64,000 bases of DNA. Source: a virus (lineage: Duplodnaviria; Caudoviricetes). Each line of letters begins with the position of its first letter. Position 1 is the stretch's first letter. The stretch covers positions 1 through 64,000 of the IMG/VR virus record IMGVR_UViG_3300032227_001172. One strand, given 5' to 3'. Below are positions 27,170 through 37,669 of the stretch, in pieces. The position numbers were made by a program, and so were the translations under genes. The notes below the pieces were generated by a model. It saw nothing but the letters and a program-made list of their open reading frames with translations, did no database searches and was not told the DNA's origin.

Positions 27170-27175
27170 ATATAT

Positions 27176-28255
27176 ATGAATTTAGAATTATGTAATTTAG
27201 AAAAATTGTGGAAAAATGCAGCCACTACAGAAAAAGCGAATATTATATCATATTATGATCAAGATTATATTTGTTTATTAACTGAAGTGAATGACGCAAA
27301 CTCTTTAACATTAAATCTCAACGATGCTGCTACATGCTTAAGAACTATTGGATTATTAAAGATTAATCAACCAAAAGATACATCTAACACATTCACGGTT
27401 AATTTATCTAATCAAATTAATAATATTCATTCTATAGTAGTAGGACCAAATAGTACTTTAAATATACAAGGTTCTCATGATTCTATGAGTTTTAATTTTT
27501 TGAATTCATCTATTATTAGCATGAGCGGCTCATATTTTGGTTTAAATTTATCCATATTCCAATGTAATACAGATCATGGTTGTTCATTAACTGAAGTAAC
27601 TGGAACAATACGAACATTAATAGATAGCGCAGGACAAATACAATTGATCTCCTCAAAATTAATTAATTCTAATATTAAATCTTATGCTTTTAGTATAGAT
27701 TATAAATCTAGTTTATCTAATTGTGATTTAAGATGTAACAACACATTAAATTTGTTTACTAATAAAATAGAGAACACGTTTTGTTCTGGTAATATAATTA
27801 ATTATGCTGCTAATAAATTTGATTTAGCTTGTACGGCGTACTCTTCTATAAATATTAATGCGGCATTAGTGAATGGAGGAACCCTAATTGGTTCTGGTCC
27901 ACAAACTATAGCATATATAAATAATCCAAAATTAGTAACGGCTCTTAGATTAGAAAAAATTCCATATTTAAAAATAACCAGCGATCAATTATGTGAAATA
28001 AAAGGGACATATAATCCATCTGAAAGCTTGAATCTGGTTGGGGCTGATACTGAGAATAATTCAAGCCCTATGACACTTGCAGCTAGTTTTAGCACTAATA
28101 CTAGGTCAGTTACTATCAGTAATTTTATCAATTACGGAACTATAAATAGCGAAACTGTCACCTTGTCTAATGGTTCCAATTACGGTATTATTAAGGGTAG
28201 ATCTATAAATGTAGACTCATCGGTGAATAACTATGGAATCATACAACAAATATGA
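27176..28255 (+). CDS. N/S/I-rich probable beta-helix structural protein
   Basis: NYGxI repeats at the C-terminus; beta-solenoid-like composition. Confidence 0.55.
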   Translation: MNLELCNLEKLWKNAATTEKANIISYYDQDYICLLTEVNDANSLTLNLNDAATCLRTIGLLKINQPKDTSNTFTVNLSNQINNIHSIVVGPNSTLNIQGSHDSMSFNFLNSSIISMSGSYFGLNLSIFQCNTDHGCSLTEVTGTIRTLIDSAGQIQLISSKLINSNIKSYAFSIDYKSSLSNCDLRCNNTLNLFTNKIENTFCSGNIINYAANKFDLACTAYSSININAALVNGGTLIGSGPQTIAYINNPKLVTALRLEKIPYLKITSDQLCEIKGTYNPSESLNLVGADTENNSSPMTLAASFSTNTRSVTISNFINYGTINSETVTLSNGSNYGIIKGRSINVDSSVNNYGIIQQI

Positions 28256-28887
28256 ATATTTCTTTTACTATAACTGTATATAATGAATTATTAGAGTTAA
28301 AACAGCTTAAAACTCTTATAGAGCAAATCAAAGAAGAACAAGACGAAGTGGTAATATTACACACATATCGTGATGCTAATGAGCAAGAGCAAGCTTTGTT
28401 CAAAGATATCAAACAAATATCTGAATCATTTGCTGATCGCTATACAAATTTTCATTTTCAAAATAAATTTTGTGATTTAAAGAATTATTTAATTGGTTTG
28501 GCTACCAAAGACTATATTTGTAATTTTGATGCCGATGAGCTTTGTACCATTGACACGTTTCGATTATGGAAACAAGCAATAATGGCTAATAACTATGATC
28601 TATACTATTTACCTAGAATTAATACTGTGGTTAACTATACATTAGACGATATTAAAAAATATAAATGGACTATCAATGAATATGGATGGATTAATTGGCC
28701 AGATTATCAACCTCGTATTTTTAAAAATACTAGAAATATCAAGTGGTCTGGCAATGTTCATGAAGCTATTACTGGAGCAGTAAATACAGCTGCCTTGCCT
28801 GCTGACCCAAAATTTGCTATTATACATCATAAGACTATACAAAAACAAAGACAACAAAATAATTTATACGAGACCATAAAAAGATGA
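28252..28887 (+). CDS. GT2-family glycosyltransferase
   Basis: ISFTITVYNE, NFDADE, WPDYQPRIF, WxGxVHE. Confidence 0.85.
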   Translation: MNISFTITVYNELLELKQLKTLIEQIKEEQDEVVILHTYRDANEQEQALFKDIKQISESFADRYTNFHFQNKFCDLKNYLIGLATKDYICNFDADELCTIDTFRLWKQAIMANNYDLYYLPRINTVVNYTLDDIKKYKWTINEYGWINWPDYQPRIFKNTRNIKWSGNVHEAITGAVNTAALPADPKFAIIHHKTIQKQRQQNNLYETIKR

Positions 28888-29534
28888 TTATCGATAATAC
28901 GACAGATCCAAATGTTCAAAAACAACTGCGTAGTGAAGTACAGAGATTTCAGCTTATTAATCATTTGATTAAAACACATCAGTTTAAAAAATATTTAGAG
29001 ATAGGTATTTTTGATGGATATACTTTTAATAAAATAGAATGTCAAACCAAACATGGTGTTGATCCTGGTATTGAAGGTATAACAGCCTTATCTGTAACTC
29101 ATAGAATGCCATCTGATGATTTTTTTGAGATTTGCACAGATACCTATGATATTATTTTTATAGATGGTTTACATGAATATCATCAAGTTGTCAAAGATTT
29201 TAACAACAGTTTAAAATATATCAACTATAATGGATATATATTATTGCACGATTGTAATCCTGTAGATGAATTATCTCAAAATCCCAAGAGAGAAACAGTA
29301 AGTTGGAATGGAGACGTATGGAAAGCTTTTCTTCTGATAAAATCAGCCAATCCACACGCGTTTGTACTAGATACAGATTTTGGTATAGGAGTAGTACACG
29401 CTAATCAAAAACTTTATCCGGTCACAAATATTGATTTAGATATGGCGTGGTCAGAGTTTGTTAAGGATAAACAATCATTGTTGTCTCTCGTTACAGTGAA
29501 TGATATCAATACAATTGATCTAAATAATATATGA
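28884..29534 (+). CDS. class I SAM-dependent methyltransferase
   Basis: YLEIG, GVDP, YDIIFIDGLH, LLHDCNP, WNGDVWKA. Confidence 0.9.
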   Translation: MIIDNTTDPNVQKQLRSEVQRFQLINHLIKTHQFKKYLEIGIFDGYTFNKIECQTKHGVDPGIEGITALSVTHRMPSDDFFEICTDTYDIIFIDGLHEYHQVVKDFNNSLKYINYNGYILLHDCNPVDELSQNPKRETVSWNGDVWKAFLLIKSANPHAFVLDTDFGIGVVHANQKLYPVTNIDLDMAWSEFVKDKQSLLSLVTVNDINTIDLNNI

Positions 29535-30286
29535 ATAATATATCTACTGTATTATTATATTCCACTATCGATTACCGTTGGTTAAATGAATGTTTAGAGT
29601 CTGTATCTAAAATATCAAATGAGATTATTGTTGTAAGTTGTGATAAGCTATGGAACGGAGAACAGGAAAATAGCGACTTGTTGTTGAAAAGTCAGCAAAT
29701 TATTAACTCATATTTTAATACAAAATGGATATTTGTTCCGTGGATAAAAGGGTATCCTACGTTTTTCTGGGAGACACAATGTAGAACTAGTGGTATACTA
29801 TCCACATCTGAAAATACAGAATATATATTATTTTTAGATACAGATGAAATTATAGATACAGAAAAATTCACAGACTGGATAAATACCACAGAATATCAGC
29901 AATATGACTCTATGAAAATAGCTAATTATTGGTATTTTAGAGAAAAAATATATAGAGCAAAAACAGTAGAAGATAGTGTGGTTTTAGCAAAAAAAGATTT
30001 ACTTGTAAAAAATAATAGTATGATTATACCAATTATATCTGCTGGTAGAGAACAATATCATGAACTTATCGAATGTAATAAAAAACGGAACATACTTGGG
30101 ACAGACAGAGAACCAATGATACATCATTATAGTTGGGTTAGAACTAAAGAAGAAATGATGCAAAAGGTTAAATCTTGGGGGCATAATCAGGACAAAAATT
30201 GGATATCTATGATAGAAGAAGAATTCAGTAGGCCATTTAATGGCAAGTGTTTTGTTAATAATTATATATTTGATATAATAGAATAG
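29531..30286 (+). CDS. GT-A fold glycosyltransferase
   Basis: ILFLDTDE DxD motif; HHYSWVR. Confidence 0.75.
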   Translation: MNNISTVLLYSTIDYRWLNECLESVSKISNEIIVVSCDKLWNGEQENSDLLLKSQQIINSYFNTKWIFVPWIKGYPTFFWETQCRTSGILSTSENTEYILFLDTDEIIDTEKFTDWINTTEYQQYDSMKIANYWYFREKIYRAKTVEDSVVLAKKDLLVKNNSMIIPIISAGREQYHELIECNKKRNILGTDREPMIHHYSWVRTKEEMMQKVKSWGHNQDKNWISMIEEEFSRPFNGKCFVNNYIFDIIE

Positions 30287-30295
30287 GTATTTTAT

Positions 30296-30880
30296 ATGAA
30301 AATTATACAAGTGGGGGCTAACTCTGGTAATGATGAGGTATATCATTTTATTAAAAATCATATTCATGAAATTGATATAGTAATACTTGTTGAACCCATG
30401 CCCTATGTATTAGATAAATTAAAATTAAATTATCAACTTTTTAAAAATATTCACATTGAGCCAGTAGCAATAGTACCATCCGATCAAAATAAATTAGTAT
30501 TGTATTATGAGAAAAATAGCATTAATTATGAAGTTTGTTCATTTAGCAAACAACACTTATTAGATCATGGTTGTCCAGAATATAAGATCGAAAAAATAGA
30601 AGTTGCTGCTACATCTATTAATAACTTAATGAAGAAATATAATTTAGATCAAATTGATTATTTGTTTATTGATACCGAAGGACTAGATATATCCATTATC
30701 AAAGATTTAGATTTTAATTTATATACATTTAACAATATTATTTTCGAATCTGCTCACACAGACGGTGTCTTTCAAAAAGGCCAAAACTATAACAATATTG
30801 TTGACTATTTGCATAATTTAGGCTATAATATAACAACAGATAATCACTTAAATTCAACTGCTGTATTACAAACCAATTAA
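30296..30880 (+). CDS. FkbM-family methyltransferase
   Basis: IQVGANSG, LVEP, IDYLFIDTEGLD, IIFE. Confidence 0.9.
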   Translation: MKIIQVGANSGNDEVYHFIKNHIHEIDIVILVEPMPYVLDKLKLNYQLFKNIHIEPVAIVPSDQNKLVLYYEKNSINYEVCSFSKQHLLDHGCPEYKIEKIEVAATSINNLMKKYNLDQIDYLFIDTEGLDISIIKDLDFNLYTFNNIIFESAHTDGVFQKGQNYNNIVDYLHNLGYNITTDNHLNSTAVLQTN

Positions 30881-30884
30881 TACT

Positions 30885-31586
30885 ATGAAAATTTATTATA
30901 GAATTAGCGATACTGGTTATGCTAAAATTAAGCCTATCTATATAAATAATGAAAATTGTTTATCTAATTTTGTAAAAATATTTGATAAATATATTAATGA
31001 TATACATATTATAGCTGATAATATTTCAGACAATACACATAATATGATTACTAAATATATAGATTCGAAGAATATTCAACAAGTAACTGTGGGACATGGT
31101 GCTGGTACTTTTAATATAGCTTTAGATCAAGCAATATTATTAGATGATCAAGAAATTGTATATTTTGTAGAAAATGATTACATACACAAATTATCTAGTG
31201 ATCAAATTTTATTAGAAGGTTTTGATATAGGTTTTCCATATGTTACATTGTATGATCATCCAGACAAATATATGGATCCTGTTGTTGGTGGTAATCCATT
31301 ATGTTCTGGCAGAGCAGAAAACACAAGGGTTTACTTATCTAAATCTTGTCATTGGAAAATTACCAATTCTACTACTATGACCTTTGCAGCTAAAGCATCA
31401 ACATTGAAAAAAGATGTATCCATATTTAAGAAATGGACATCTGGAACACATCCAAATGATTACCAAATTTTTTTAGAATTGATGTCTAAAAATCAATTTT
31501 TAATTTCTTCTATTCCCGGATACTCTACTCATGGCGAAACTCAATGGTTAAGTCCTTTAACACAATGGAATGATTATGTATATTAA
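30885..31586 (+). CDS. GT-A fold glycosyltransferase-like protein
   Basis: IIADN, VYFVENDYIH, YDHPDKY, STTMTF. Confidence 0.7.
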   Translation: MKIYYRISDTGYAKIKPIYINNENCLSNFVKIFDKYINDIHIIADNISDNTHNMITKYIDSKNIQQVTVGHGAGTFNIALDQAILLDDQEIVYFVENDYIHKLSSDQILLEGFDIGFPYVTLYDHPDKYMDPVVGGNPLCSGRAENTRVYLSKSCHWKITNSTTMTFAAKASTLKKDVSIFKKWTSGTHPNDYQIFLELMSKNQFLISSIPGYSTHGETQWLSPLTQWNDYVY

Positions 31587-32220
31587 TAAAAAATCTTTTG
31601 ATACTGTTAAATATAATTTTGCTGAATCTTTATGTCAAATTTTTAATGTCAGTAATTTGTCTACAATTAAAAACGATATAGAGGTTCTCAAAAGAGAAAA
31701 CGACCAAAGTACACCTCATCACAAGCTATTTTATGAATGGATGGAAACACAGTCTTTTAGGGACTTATATGATTCTTTTATTAAAGAATATGTTAGGCCA
31801 TTATATTCAGATAAAATTGTAGTACAAAAAAGACCAACATTTCGTATCTGTTATCCTAATAATATTGCTGTAGGAGAGTTTCATAAAGATAAATGGTATC
31901 GTGATGGAGATTGGGCAGTTCAGGTTAAAGAACTTAACTTCTTTTTGCCTTTTACTGAAGCCTTTGATACAAACACCATATGGGTAGAATCTGAGGAAGA
32001 TAAAAAAGATTTTGCTCCTATGAATTGTAAATATGGTGAATTTATACAATGGGATGGTCCTAATTTATTGCATGGTAATTATATTAATCAAACAGGATCT
32101 ACTAGAATCAGCGTGGATTTTAGAGTTATAGAATACAATAACTATATTCCTAGCGATAAAGGATCCATTAATGCGAACAAAAAATTTAAATTAGGAGAAT
32201 ATTACGATCTATATGATTAG
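31570..32220 (+). CDS. 2OG-Fe(II) oxygenase-like protein (StrG-like)
   Basis: PTFR, FHKD (HxD), ELNFFLP, LHGN, TRISVDFR. Confidence 0.8.
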   Translation: MIMYINKKSFDTVKYNFAESLCQIFNVSNLSTIKNDIEVLKRENDQSTPHHKLFYEWMETQSFRDLYDSFIKEYVRPLYSDKIVVQKRPTFRICYPNNIAVGEFHKDKWYRDGDWAVQVKELNFFLPFTEAFDTNTIWVESEEDKKDFAPMNCKYGEFIQWDGPNLLHGNYINQTGSTRISVDFRVIEYNNYIPSDKGSINANKKFKLGEYYDLYD

Positions 32221-32992
32221 TGTTATTATTCCTACTCTTAATACTCCAAAAGCCCTAGATTTATGCTTACGATCAGCTATCGATGGACAACAACAAAACA
32301 ATGAAATTATTGTTGTAATAGATGGTGATTTTGTCAGCAATAAGACTATACTAGAAAAATATAGTTTACATATTAAGCCTCTGATTTTAGAAAAAAATGT
32401 AGGCACATGCAAAGCAACTAATCTTGGTGTTTATCATGCAAATCACAGCAATATATTGATTGTTAATGATGATAATGTGTTTCCTAAAGACTGGGATACT
32501 ATACTGTCTGCTTTGGATATCAAAAATACTGTGGTTGCGCCTAATCAGATAGAACCATATAATAGTATGTTTCGACAATTCCAGATTCATGATCTCGGTC
32601 GTGATCCTGCTACTTTTGATTTACAAGAATTTTGGAACTATGAACTTAAGACCAGAAAAAATTTGGTAGAATATACTGGATCAACCTTTCCAATTTTTAT
32701 CGATAAAATTAACTATTTAAGATGTGGAGGATTCGATAGCGACTATCCTTCAGCCAGTGGCTTTGTTGCAGATTGGGAATTTTTTATGAAATGCGAATTG
32801 AATGGATTAAAAATGTTAAGAACCTATCAATGTTTATTTTACCATTTTGTTTCCATTACTGCTAAAACGCCAGAAAAAATAGCAGCATCTCAAGAAGCAG
32901 AAAAACAATGTCATTTATATTTTAAGCGTAAATGGGGATCATTGGCACAACATAATACGCAAAATAATTCAAAACTTTTAAGGAATATTTAA
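32213..32992 (+). CDS. GT2-family glycosyltransferase
   Basis: ISVIIPT, VVIDG, IVNDD, GGFD, DWEF, YHF. Confidence 0.9.
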   Translation: MISVIIPTLNTPKALDLCLRSAIDGQQQNNEIIVVIDGDFVSNKTILEKYSLHIKPLILEKNVGTCKATNLGVYHANHSNILIVNDDNVFPKDWDTILSALDIKNTVVAPNQIEPYNSMFRQFQIHDLGRDPATFDLQEFWNYELKTRKNLVEYTGSTFPIFIDKINYLRCGGFDSDYPSASGFVADWEFFMKCELNGLKMLRTYQCLFYHFVSITAKTPEKIAASQEAEKQCHLYFKRKWGSLAQHNTQNNSKLLRNI

Positions 32993-33999
32993 TGTCAAAA
33001 TCTATTTTAGTTACTGGAGCAGCTGGTTTTTTAGGATCTCACTTTATTGAAGAAGTATTAGTTAATACTAATTGGAATATTAAGTGTCTGTGTAGATTAA
33101 CTTATGTAGGCGATTTGGATAGAATTATTAATAGTTTACACGTTAAAGAGCACGCTGATAGAGTTAAATTAATTTATCACGATTTAAAATTCGACATTCC
33201 AGAGCATACTCAAGAAAGTATAGGCGATGTAGATTATGTCGTACACATTGCAGCTAATAGTCATGTGGATCGTAGTATAACAACGCCAAAACAATTTTTT
33301 GAAGACAATGTAATGGGAACTGTGAATCTTTTAGAATGGTATAGAAAATATAATCCTAATGCTTTATTTGTTAATTATTTAACTGATGAGGTTTTTGGTC
33401 CAGCACCAGATAATTATGATTTTAAGGAAGATGATAGATGGAGACCAAGTAATCCATACAGTGCTAGTAAGGCTGGTCAGGGAGCAGCTGGCATAGCATA
33501 TGCCAATACATATAATTTACCAATTATTCATACATATACCATGAATCTTTATGGGGCAAGACAACATAAAGAAAAATTGGTGGCTAAGGCTATAGATAAA
33601 ATATCTAAAGATCAAATAGTACAAATTCATGCTAAACTAGATGAGCTTGGTCGTGTTCTTTATGTTGGACAAAGACATTGGCTACATGCCAGAAACGCTG
33701 CTAATGCTACATTATTTTTATTAAACCATGGAAAACCGGGAGAGCATTATAATGTAGTTGGAGACATTGAACTTAATAATGATGATTTAGTTAAAGAAAT
33801 AGCCAAATTAATGAATAAAGAAGCCAGAATACAATACGTGGATTGTGATAAGGCTAGACCTGGACATGATCGTAGATATAGTTTAGATGGATCCAAATTA
33901 AAAAATATGGGATGGCAACAACCAATAGATTTTGAAACGTCTTTAAAAACAACAATAGAATGGGTGCTTAATGATCAAAGTAAAAAATATTCTTTCTAA
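32992..33999 (+). CDS. rmlB: dTDP-glucose 4,6-dehydratase
   Basis: GAAGFLG, AANSHVDRS, TDEVFG, PYSASK, RPGHDRRY. Confidence 0.93.
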   Translation: MSKSILVTGAAGFLGSHFIEEVLVNTNWNIKCLCRLTYVGDLDRIINSLHVKEHADRVKLIYHDLKFDIPEHTQESIGDVDYVVHIAANSHVDRSITTPKQFFEDNVMGTVNLLEWYRKYNPNALFVNYLTDEVFGPAPDNYDFKEDDRWRPSNPYSASKAGQGAAGIAYANTYNLPIIHTYTMNLYGARQHKEKLVAKAIDKISKDQIVQIHAKLDELGRVLYVGQRHWLHARNAANATLFLLNHGKPGEHYNVVGDIELNNDDLVKEIAKLMNKEARIQYVDCDKARPGHDRRYSLDGSKLKNMGWQQPIDFETSLKTTIEWVLNDQSKKYSF

Positions 34000-34822
34000 T
34001 TCAGCCGCTGCTTTTGTCGGCACTATAGATAATATCAAGGATGCCTCTAGGCAACTAGAGTATATAAAATATAACAAAACTTGGTTAGATGATTTTGGTT
34101 TAATTGTTCTAAGCCTAAATGGAAATAAATCATTAATTGATTCTAATTTAGAAGAAATCAGCAATCTATTAAATCCTGAAATAGAACTACTGTATTCGGA
34201 TAATCTGGGAGTATGTTTCGGTGCTATGGATAATGATTTAAAAATTATTGATTATATAAGTAATAAACCAATCGAATATCTTTTTAAGTTTTCTCACGAC
34301 ATCATTGCCGATAATAGCTTATTAGATCTAGAACTAGATGAATCTTATGATTTTTTCTATATAAATAATATAGGTTATGCAGCGTTTAATGATCGCACCA
34401 AAGAGCAGCTGCTTAATGATATAAAATCTCAAACATATTTTTATCCTCAAACTAATTATTATATTATTAAAAATAAACTGAGTCGTTGGTTTCCAAACAA
34501 AAATGAGTTAATACAATATTATTCTTATTATCAGGATGCTATTAAAATAAATCCAGAATCTAGACCATGGGAAGTTTTGGGTGGCGCAACAGTCGGTTTG
34601 GAGGACGGACAAGGTTGTGATTGTGAACATATGTTAGCAAAAACAGTCAGGGCTAATAATCTTAAAAGTTATCATCTATTATCTGATTCTGATACAAACA
34701 AAATTATTGATTTGATCTATGATCATAAAATACATGATGGAAGTCATAAAAATATTACATATACCAATGTAGGTAATCTATGTCATTATCATGTTATAAA
34801 TCACCCCGTGGCCGCAATTTGA
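33971..34822 (+). CDS. hypothetical protein (possible divergent GT-A)
   Basis: 283 aa inside the glycan island; NLG, KFSHDII. Confidence 0.6.
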   Translation: MIKVKNILSNSAAAFVGTIDNIKDASRQLEYIKYNKTWLDDFGLIVLSLNGNKSLIDSNLEEISNLLNPEIELLYSDNLGVCFGAMDNDLKIIDYISNKPIEYLFKFSHDIIADNSLLDLELDESYDFFYINNIGYAAFNDRTKEQLLNDIKSQTYFYPQTNYYIIKNKLSRWFPNKNELIQYYSYYQDAIKINPESRPWEVLGGATVGLEDGQGCDCEHMLAKTVRANNLKSYHLLSDSDTNKIIDLIYDHKIHDGSHKNITYTNVGNLCHYHVINHPVAAI

Positions 34823-34832
34823 ATATTAAAGT

Positions 34833-35318
34833 ATGATTATAAATAATACCTATATAAGTGAATGTGTTTGGCTAAAACCTGAACAATATAAAGACAATAG
34901 GGGTATATTTTCAGAAATTTTTCAACAATCTAAAATTCCATATTTTAAACCATTGCAAAGTAACTATAGTTTTTCTCTATCTGGTGTGTTAAGAGGAATA
35001 CATAGAACACCATATGCCAAATTGGTAACATGCGTTAGTGGCAAAGTGTATGATGTTTGTGTAGATTTAAGAAAAGATAGTCCAACTTATCAGAACTATT
35101 TTGGTTTATTGTTAGATTCTCAAAATTTATATAGTTTATATATACCGCCATATTGTGGACATGGATTTTTAGCTATAGAAGACAGTACATTGATTTATCA
35201 ACAAGGAGATGAATATCAGTCATCATTAGACGAAACATATTGTTATAAACAATTTAATATCAATTGGCCATTTTTACCAAATATTATCTCATCTAAAGAT
35301 TCTAAAGCGTGTGACTAA
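34833..35318 (+). CDS. rmlC: dTDP-4-dehydrorhamnose 3,5-epimerase
   Basis: DNRGIFSE, GVLRGIH, KLVTC, DVCVDLR, YIPPYCGHGF. Confidence 0.93.
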   Translation: MIINNTYISECVWLKPEQYKDNRGIFSEIFQQSKIPYFKPLQSNYSFSLSGVLRGIHRTPYAKLVTCVSGKVYDVCVDLRKDSPTYQNYFGLLLDSQNLYSLYIPPYCGHGFLAIEDSTLIYQQGDEYQSSLDETYCYKQFNINWPFLPNIISSKDSKACD

Positions 35319-35321
35319 TTC

Positions 35322-37070
35322 ATGGATTTATCATCAAATATCCTGCCAATAGATTTTGATTGGCAATTTTATATAGAGAACCATGCTGATTTACAGCAGG
35401 CTGGGATCAACTCGGAAATATTAGCAATTCAACACTATATAAATCACGGAATAAATGAACAGAGAAGATATAAATCTAATAATCATTATGAGATTCAAAA
35501 TTATATTAATAACTCTAAAGCTCACTATGTTCCACCCAAAACTAAAATAGTATTATTTGTACAATGGTATACTGATTCTTCCACAGAAAGCAATAGATTA
35601 AAATGCTTATTCAATAATATAGAAAATAAGCATATTGATCATATTCATGTATTTTGTGAGATAAATAGTCACCAGCAACTAATGAATTATATAGGAAGTA
35701 ATAAAAAAATTTCGATTTCTTTTATTGATGATTGCCTATCCTATTCCGATTGGATGGAGTACGCTAATCAACACCATATAAATGATATTAAAATTTTAGC
35801 TAATTCAGATATTTATTTTGATGATTCTTTGCTTTTCATTAGACAACAAAAATTTAATTACCAAACTATATATGGTATAACCAGAAAAGATTTAAGTCAT
35901 GATGGAAAGATTGTGGATAGTAGCGATTTTTATGGAGATACTAAACACCCAACACATGCATCATATTCTCAAGATTGTTGGATTTATTTACAACCACTAC
36001 GCTTGCCAGATTTAAAATTAATTAACTATAAATTAGGATATAATAATTGTGATAGATTATTAAAAAAATATTTAGAACAAGAAAAATATAATTTTGTTAA
36101 TTTATATCCAAATATTAATGCTATTCATATAGATTATCGTACTACAAAAACACACAAATCTTATGATCTAAATTATAGCTGTGCTAATGATAGAATTATA
36201 GATATTAAAGAATATTTACAATTCAATAATTTACAATATTATCATAATAATCTTGAAGCAATAGTACTATTGATGACCGGAAAGGAGATAGAAGATGGAC
36301 AATGTTTGTATTTTATACAAAAACTTTTACAAAGCCTAAAAAATAACGAAGCGAACAAGCTCTTTGCTAAACTATTAGATTTCAAAATAATTATAACCAA
36401 ACATAATGACTTATTAATTAGATACAAAGAACAACTAGAACAATATTTTAAAAATATATCTATTATACGTATCGATATACCACAACAATATGATTTTTAT
36501 GACGACTATACGGAAACATCTGATTTGAGATACGGTTATAAATCAGGACCCAACTATTGTTTTTTTAAAGCTTTTGATCATTTAACTATGTATAATACAA
36601 CATTATTTTTAGAATGTGATTGTACTATCATAGATAATTGGCTAGAAAGACTTTATAACTATTGTAGGTTTAGTGGTCAGTTTTGGATCTCTGGTGCTTG
36701 GTATGACGGATTGAATATGGACCCATATCATAGTATTGTAAACCAACACATCAATGGTGGTAGTGGTATATATGCTACTGGTAATCCAGGTTTTATTAGT
36801 TTTATTAAATTTTGTTTTCATTTATTGACAGTATATGTCGATAAGTATTCTAAAAATCTACCATATGATTATTGTATTTATCAAATTATAGAAGATTATT
36901 TTAATTTTGATCACGACAATAGACAACTATGGCAATTTATTAAAAGAAATTATATACACAATAATATAATTGTGAATTATAGTAATCCTAAAGACATAGA
37001 TATAGATATTAAATACATAATAAATAAATATAATCCAGCTATTCTACATCAAAAACTGATATTAAATTAA
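35322..37070 (+). CDS. multidomain glycosyltransferase-like protein
   Basis: N-terminal FDWxFY...HY..HG..ExR module; ILANSDIYFD and SQDCW domain; C-terminal GPN..F, FLECD, HING domain. Confidence 0.65.
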   Translation: MDLSSNILPIDFDWQFYIENHADLQQAGINSEILAIQHYINHGINEQRRYKSNNHYEIQNYINNSKAHYVPPKTKIVLFVQWYTDSSTESNRLKCLFNNIENKHIDHIHVFCEINSHQQLMNYIGSNKKISISFIDDCLSYSDWMEYANQHHINDIKILANSDIYFDDSLLFIRQQKFNYQTIYGITRKDLSHDGKIVDSSDFYGDTKHPTHASYSQDCWIYLQPLRLPDLKLINYKLGYNNCDRLLKKYLEQEKYNFVNLYPNINAIHIDYRTTKTHKSYDLNYSCANDRIIDIKEYLQFNNLQYYHNNLEAIVLLMTGKEIEDGQCLYFIQKLLQSLKNNEANKLFAKLLDFKIIITKHNDLLIRYKEQLEQYFKNISIIRIDIPQQYDFYDDYTETSDLRYGYKSGPNYCFFKAFDHLTMYNTTLFLECDCTIIDNWLERLYNYCRFSGQFWISGAWYDGLNMDPYHSIVNQHINGGSGIYATGNPGFISFIKFCFHLLTVYVDKYSKNLPYDYCIYQIIEDYFNFDHDNRQLWQFIKRNYIHNNIIVNYSNPKDIDIDIKYIINKYNPAILHQKLILN

Positions 37071-37094
37071 AGAAACAAGTGAACATTGGATGTG

Positions 37095-37122
37095 TTGCTA
37101 TTTTGCGATCACGACGTATAAT
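37095..37122 (+). promoter_or_regulatory. sigma70-like promoter TTGCTA-N16-TATAAT
   Basis: Intergenic; start of the nucleotide/replication block. Confidence 0.6.
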
Positions 37123-37175
37123 AGCTTATTCGTCAGGTACGAGCTTTAGAAAAAAACCGAGATCAGAAACCAATA

Positions 37176-37637
37176 ATGAGACCGAATTGGATTGATTATT
37201 TTTTAGGATTAGCCAAAGTCGTATCTCAGCGTAGCCACGACATACATACTCAGCATGGATGTGTAATTACAGATATCAATAACAGAATTCTTGGAGTGGG
37301 CTATAATGGTTTTCCTAAAGGTATGAATGATAGCATACTACCAACTAGTCGCCCAGAGAAATATCACTGGATGATTCATGCCGAGAGGAATGCTTTATCG
37401 AATTGTGTGATTAGACCAGATAACGGAATAGCATACGTTACAGGTCAATCATGTAACGACTGTATTATGGCTCTGTGGCAAGAGGGAATTACTAAAGTGG
37501 TCATGTCGGAAAGTCATGGCACAAAATTATTTGATGCCGAAGCCAAAGCACGATTTGATTTATTTGTTAAAGAAACAGGTATAGAAATCGTTCGATATAC
37601 ACCAAACTTTGCATGGATTAAAAATTTAGATCTATAA
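37176..37637 (+). CDS. dCMP deaminase
   Basis: GYNG, HAERNA, CNDC Zn motif. Confidence 0.93.
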   Translation: MRPNWIDYFLGLAKVVSQRSHDIHTQHGCVITDINNRILGVGYNGFPKGMNDSILPTSRPEKYHWMIHAERNALSNCVIRPDNGIAYVTGQSCNDCIMALWQEGITKVVMSESHGTKLFDAEAKARFDLFVKETGIEIVRYTPNFAWIKNLDL

Positions 37638-37663
37638 AAAAGATCTTACTACAATTATCGATG

Positions 37664-37669
37664 GTGTAT
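37664..37669 (+). promoter_or_regulatory. GTGTAT motif upstream of the RNR gene
   Basis: Intergenic copy of the recurrent motif. Confidence 0.45.
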
